Part shown: positions 59,636 to 64,000 of the stretch, piece by piece
Layout: every line of letters starts with the position of its first letter
How positions within the stretch are numbered: position 1 is the first letter of the stretch
Assembly (NCBI GenBank): GCA_964406355.1
Contig: CAYORO010000002.1
Span: forward strand, 4,266-68,265
Direction: 5' to 3'
Length of the DNA stretch: 64,000 bases
Source of the DNA: an uncultured Limibaculum sp.
GTDB taxonomy: Bacteria; Pseudomonadota; Alphaproteobacteria; Rhodobacterales; Rhodobacteraceae
Notes under the pieces: model-generated
Databases searched by the model: none
The model's input: only the letters and a program-made list of their open reading frames with translations
What the model was told of the DNA's origin: nothing
Made by a program: the position numbers and the translations under genes

Positions 59636-60196
59636 TCAGTCGAAGATCTGCTCGCCCTCGTAGATCGGCCGGCCGTGGCTCAGATCGCTCACATCGCGCC
59701 AGATCGACTGGACGAGCCTGAGCGTGATCAGGAGGAAGCCGAACGGCACCGCGACGAGGAACCAGGCGAGGCTGATCTCGAGCCCATGGGTCACCGAGCC
59801 GAACCTGATCGAGGTCAGCACCGGGTCGATCGACCAGTAGAGCGCGAAGAGCGCCAAGACGAGCGCTGCCAGATCGCCGAAGATGTTGAGCGCGGCACGC
59901 GGGCGCCGCGGCAGCAGCCGCACCAGGAAGTCGATGCGGATGTGGCAGCGATCGCGCACGGCCACCGCGCAGCCGATCCAGGCGAGATAGACGAAGGCGT
60001 AGCGTGCCGCCTCCTCGCCCCAGAGCGAGGAGTAGGACAGCACGAACCGCCGGATCACCTCGATCGCGATGGTCAGCACGATCAGCGTGTAGAAGGTGAG
60101 CAGCAGCCAGCGCTCTCCGTTGCGGTCGATGGCGCTGAGCCAGGCGGGAAGGCGGGGGCCTCGCGCCCCGTCGCCCCCGTCGGTCTCGGGCGGCAC
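59636..60196 (-). CDS. TRAP small permease (HpsL-like)
   Basis: IDRNGERWLLL, WGEEAARY, HIRID. Confidence 0.85.
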   Translation of the reverse strand: MPPETDGGDGARGPRLPAWLSAIDRNGERWLLLTFYTLIVLTIAIEVIRRFVLSYSSLWGEEAARYAFVYLAWIGCAVAVRDRCHIRIDFLVRLLPRRPRAALNIFGDLAALVLALFALYWSIDPVLTSIRFGSVTHGLEISLAWFLVAVPFGFLLITLRLVQSIWRDVSDLSHGRPIYEGEQIFD

Positions 60197-60198
60197 GG

Positions 60199-61359
60199 TC
60201 AGACGTCGTGCACGTAGTGCGCGCCCTGGGTGTTGGCGGCCTCGTTCAGCTTCTCGAAGGTCTCGAGCGACCCGGCGAGCTCCGTCTTGAACGGCTTCCA
60301 AGCGGGGAGCTGATGGCCCGCCTTCTCGACCCATTGCGCCAGCTCGTCATCGGTCGGCACATAGAACTGCACACCGCCCGAGGCGAGATCGGCCATCGAG
60401 AAGGCGCGCGCCGCCGGCACCTTGGCGATGTTCTGGTGCGCCGTGGTCTCGCTTGCGAACACCACGCCATCCTGCACGTCGGGTGGCAGCGAATTGAACC
60501 ATTCGAGATTGCAGGAATAGACCTGCGTGTTCGGCACGGTCTGAGCGAAGGTGACCCAAGAGAGGATGTCCTTGAAGCCGAAGATCTGGAGACCCTGCAC
60601 GGACGGGTCGAGCGCGTCCGCCACGCCCTGCTTGAGCGCGGACGGTGTCTCGCCCCAGGCCACCGGCGTCGGGTTGGCCCCGAGGAGCTGGTAGAGCTGC
60701 GAGAGGATCTTCGAGCCCGGGATGCGGAACTTCACCCCCTCGAGTTGATCCGGCGTGCGGATCGGCTCCTCGAAGCCCGTCCGCAGCGCGACCGTGCGAG
60801 GATCGACCGTCACGTACCAGAGCGCCTTGAAGCCCCGCGCCTCGATCTTGGGGTTCACCTCGTCCGCCCAGGCCTGCGAGGTCACGAGGTTCACCGCCTG
60901 CTGGTTCTTGCCGCACCAGTACGGGATGTTCACGAGATCGACCACCGGCGCGAACGGCGCGAAGTTGGAGAGCGAGTGCTGGGCCGACTGGATCGTGTTG
61001 GCCTGCACCTTCTGGGCAAGCTGGCTGCCGACGCCGAGCTGCCCGCCGGGGGCGAGGTTCACATAGATCTTCCCCCCGGTCATGTTCTGGAGGTTTTCCT
61101 TGAAGTCGAGCTGCATGAGCGGGACGCTTCGGCTCGCGCCGATCACGTAAGGCGTCGCCACGATCATGGTGTGCTCGGCAGAGGCCTTGCGCTCGCGCTC
61201 CTCCTTTGCGGTCTGCGCCACGGCGTCAGACGACAGCAGCGTCCCGCCGGCCGCGGCGACCAGCGCGGTGGTCAGCCCGTAGCGGGCGCTCGCCCGGAAG
61301 AACGCGCGGCGCTCCTCGGATGCGAGACCATCATTCTCGAGTTCGGCTCCGTTGCCCAT
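60199..61359 (-). CDS. TRAP substrate-binding protein (HpsK-like), Tat signal
   Basis: ERRAFF signal; GASRS.P.MQLD.KEN.QN.T.GKIYV.LAPGGQLG; KFRIPGS; PTPVAWGE. Confidence 0.85.
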   Translation of the reverse strand: MGNGAELENDGLASEERRAFFRASARYGLTTALVAAAGGTLLSSDAVAQTAKEERERKASAEHTMIVATPYVIGASRSVPLMQLDFKENLQNMTGGKIYVNLAPGGQLGVGSQLAQKVQANTIQSAQHSLSNFAPFAPVVDLVNIPYWCGKNQQAVNLVTSQAWADEVNPKIEARGFKALWYVTVDPRTVALRTGFEEPIRTPDQLEGVKFRIPGSKILSQLYQLLGANPTPVAWGETPSALKQGVADALDPSVQGLQIFGFKDILSWVTFAQTVPNTQVYSCNLEWFNSLPPDVQDGVVFASETTAHQNIAKVPAARAFSMADLASGGVQFYVPTDDELAQWVEKAGHQLPAWKPFKTELAGSLETFEKLNEAANTQGAHYVHDV

Positions 61360-61639
61360 CGTTTCCTCCCATTTTTCTGTTGGTTATCGATCGTTCGTGT
61401 CGCCGCCGTTCTGCTTGCAGGGTTCCGGTGACGAACAGGGCAGAGGAAAGCACCAGCAGCAGGAACTCTCCCACATTGCCGAGCATCGGCGTGGTCACGC
61501 CAGTCTCGCCACGCGCCCACAGCCGAAGGAGCACATTAGCCCCGTAAATGGCAAAGCAGAGACCGGCCACGTAGATCAGGCCCGGAACACTCGGAACTCG
61601 GCCGGAATCGTGCGTTTCGGTCTGGCGTGGCGAAGTCAG
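61331..61639 (-). CDS. Small two-TM membrane protein upstream of TRAP (start CTG 61639 or GTG 61570)
   Basis: Two hydrophobic helices, LGNVGEFLLL motif as recalled for the small gene preceding hpsK. Confidence 0.6.
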   Translation of the reverse strand: MTSPRQTETHDSGRVPSVPGLIYVAGLCFAIYGANVLLRLWARGETGVTTPMLGNVGEFLLLVLSSALFVTGTLQAERRRHERSITNRKMGGNDGQRSRTRE

Positions 61640-61839
61640 GTCAGGCCTCCATCAAGCGGCGCATCGCATGTCGGCGCAGCGTCTTGTCACGGTAGAATCG
61701 GCGCATTTGCGCATCTGGAGCCACTAAATGCATCGCCCAGCGTCTCCGCAGTGAGTCTCGGTACGCGTCTCAGTCATTTTTGCGCGTCATACCGTCACCA
61801 ACAGCCCACGACTTGACAACCGAGATTCTGCATAGAATT

Positions 61840-61854
61840 ATTACTCTAGTTAAT
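61840..61854. promoter_or_regulatory. LysR (GcvA-type) box
   Basis: ATTA-N7-TAAT; TTGACA at 61813. Confidence 0.6.
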
Positions 61855-61866
61855 GGATCACACCCC

Positions 61867-62763
61867 ATGAAGCTTCCATCGCTGAAAGCTCTGCAAACCT
61901 TCGAGGCGGTCTCCCGCCATGGCAGCTTCACCAAAGCGGCGGAGGAGCTCGGCGTGACCCAGGGCGCGGTCAGCGCCCAGATCGCCAAGCTCGAGGAGGC
62001 ACTCGGCGTGCGGCTCTTCCTGCGCAGCACGCGCCAAGTCCATCTGAGCGACAGGGGGCGCGGGCTCGCCCGGGCCTGCCGCCGGGCCTTCGACGGGATA
62101 TCCGAGGAAGTTGAGCTAATCCGGGCCGGCTCGTCCGAGCGGGTGCTGACGATCGCGGTCAGCACCTATGTCACCACCCGCTGGCTGTCGCGCCGCCTCT
62201 CGAGCTTTTTGTCACGCCATCCGGACATCGCTGTGCGGTTCCACCATTCTGTGAACGAACCGGACTTCTCCGTGGAGAATGTGGATCTCGCCATCCGCTG
62301 GGCGCGAGCGGGCGACGCTGAGTGCGGGGGCGAGATGTGGCTGCCGTCTGGCAAGCGGGTGATGTGCAGCCCGACGCTTTGCGAGGGACCAGCGGCGATC
62401 CGGGAGCCGGCCGATCTGTGCCGCCACACGATTCTCAAGGATTTTCCCAGCATCGACAATTGGGACGAGTGGTTTGAGCTCGCCGGTCTGGAAATGAGGG
62501 CGGATCAACCGTCGACGACGTTGAAGGATCCTGTCGTGCGTGTTCAGGCCGCAATCGATGGTCTCGGCCTCGTGCTGGCAGACGACATCGCGAAGGACGA
62601 CGTCGCGGCCGGCCGTCTTGTCGAGCCGTTCAATGTGGAGGTGCGTGGATACGGCTACCACCTCGTGCCTTCGCGCCAGCCCGACGAACGGCCGGCGCTT
62701 CGGCAATTCCGGGCGTGGCTACACCGAGAAGCATCTCACAGCGAAACGGTGTTGCGGCATTGA
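61867..62763 (+). CDS. LysR family regulator (GcvA-like)
   Basis: LPSLKALQTFEAV..SFTKAAEELGVTQGAVS; DLAIR. Confidence 0.92.
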   Translation: MKLPSLKALQTFEAVSRHGSFTKAAEELGVTQGAVSAQIAKLEEALGVRLFLRSTRQVHLSDRGRGLARACRRAFDGISEEVELIRAGSSERVLTIAVSTYVTTRWLSRRLSSFLSRHPDIAVRFHHSVNEPDFSVENVDLAIRWARAGDAECGGEMWLPSGKRVMCSPTLCEGPAAIREPADLCRHTILKDFPSIDNWDEWFELAGLEMRADQPSTTLKDPVVRVQAAIDGLGLVLADDIAKDDVAAGRLVEPFNVEVRGYGYHLVPSRQPDERPALRQFRAWLHREASHSETVLRH

Positions 62764-62921
62764 CGGTCCGAACCGGCCACTCGTCTGTGGCGTCGATGCT
62801 GCGGTAGCGTTCCTGTTTCCTGACATTCGCCACGGATACGAAGCCCCGCTTGGTGCGCTCGGTGGGAATGCGAGTCGATACGGACCTTTTTTGAGTCGAC
62901 GATTTCTATTAGTTCTCCGCT

Positions 62922-63434
62922 CTATCTGGCGAAGTAGCCTGCGCCAGGTCGCCATGGGATGTCTGTTGAGCCATACTCGATCCCCAAAGAGTGCAATGCG
63001 CTTGTGACCTGGCTGCGATGATGGGTTTGGTGATTAAAGAGCTGCACAACCATCACCCAGCGGGGAATTGTTGGTAGATCATCGCCCTGCGGGTCGCGCT
63101 TGGTTGTTTTGCCGGCGAGCCAGGCTTCCGTCCATTCGTGGGCACCAGCCGACAAAACATCGTCTTGCTCAAGACGGATGGCTTTTAGCTCGTCCCAATC
63201 GGGCCACACCGTTTTCCCACGCGGGGTGCGTCCTGGCAAAACGCCGTCAAGGAACGTCAAGATGGTGCGATTGACCACGCAGATGTGATCCAACGTATTG
63301 TGGATCGAACCGAAGAACATCCCGCGCTCCCGCGTTCGCTCTTGTTGCCCGATCTCATCACAGCATTGATAGACGCCGTCGTTCTGCCAGCGCGAATAGC
63401 TCGCCATTTCTTCAAGGTAATCATTCGAGATCAT
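62922..63434 (-). CDS. DinB family protein
   Basis: FFGSIHNTLDH and FNHQTHHRSQ. Confidence 0.88.
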   Translation of the reverse strand: MISNDYLEEMASYSRWQNDGVYQCCDEIGQQERTRERGMFFGSIHNTLDHICVVNRTILTFLDGVLPGRTPRGKTVWPDWDELKAIRLEQDDVLSAGAHEWTEAWLAGKTTKRDPQGDDLPTIPRWVMVVQLFNHQTHHRSQVTSALHSLGIEYGSTDIPWRPGAGYFAR

Positions 63435-63533
63435 TGATGAACTCCCCAAGGTATTTCGGCAGTCTGCAAAGACATCACAAATAGCGGGGCGATGTCGATA
63501 TCGTTTCGGGAACGGCGTAACAACGAGGAAGGT

Positions 63534-64000
63534 TTGACGAGCTGGAAGAAGAGGTTCGCGCCACCCGGCGTGATTGGCAGGTAGCCGATCTCGTCGACGA
63601 TGAGCAGTGCTGCACGCATGTAGAAGCGGAGCTTTTCGGTAAGCCGGCCCTCGCGCTCGGCCTTGGAGAGCGCCTCGATCAGCTCGGCGAGCGAGCAGCG
63701 GTAGACACTGCGCCCGGCCTTCACCGCGGCGACGCCAAGGGCGGTGGCCAAGTGGCTCTTTCCCGTCCCCGGTGGGCCTAGAAAGTGAACCACTTCGGCG
63801 CGGGCGATGAAGTCGAGCTGGGCGAGGGCGAGCACCCGCTCACGGTCGAGCGACGGCTGGAAGGTGAAGTCGAACCCCTCGATCGTCTTCACCGGCATGA
63901 GCCTGGCGGTTGAGAGAGCGACGGCGATGCGGCGGTTCTCGCGGATGCTGAGCTCCTCGCCGAGGAGTGCGTCGATGGCCTCGAGCGCGCCGATCTCGCC
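63534..64000 (-). mobile_element. istB: IS21-family helper ATPase istB, 3'-truncated, begins beyond window
   Basis: FDFTFQP, GPPGTGKSHLA, IVDEIGY; homology stops after FFQLV. Confidence 0.88.

Noticed and set aside
511-63900. Many long antisense or alternative-frame ORFs
   Set aside because: Arg/Ala/Pro-rich shadows expected at high GC, overlapping well-supported genes
1-64000. CRISPR array, rRNA, complete tRNA, defence system
   Set aside because: No spaced repeat array, cloverleaf or recognisable defence domains seen

Overview
High-GC alphaproteobacterial (Rhodobacteraceae-like) accessory region in five blocks. (1) 1-33.7 kb: catabolic genes pointing to methylated amine, betaine and sulfonium substrates. 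These include two tandem TMADH/histamine-dehydrogenase-family flavoproteins (the second fused to a ferritin-like domain), a GMC/Tat/glyoxalase module, a DMG-dehydrogenase-like GcvT, GlxA, a methyltransferase-DMSP-lyase-cupin-ureohydrolase operon, a choline sulfatase with Dpp-type ABC, a TTC38-DmdA-like-VOC-acyl-CoA ligase operon, non-Pyl MttB with PanE, and a DAO/GntR/OYE demethylase set. (2) 34.6-40.9 kb: compact arsenic island, aioBA divergent from an arsR-arsC fusion, gapdh and arsJ. (3) kbl-tdh with an XRE-cupin regulator and repeated operators. (4) HemP/imelysin/di-heme/DUF1513 iron locus with Iron-Rhodo-like boxes. (5) From about 51.2 kb: an IS3 remnant, a P4-type integrase, an IS21-derived 189-bp palindromic MITE, pseudogenes and island cargo. 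The cargo is an hpsKLM/hpsO-like TRAP+SDR unit with a catalytically divergent PanB, a MocD/MocE-like oxygenase, LysR and DinB, ending in a truncated istB. All family calls come from motif recognition and recalled homologues; no searches were run.
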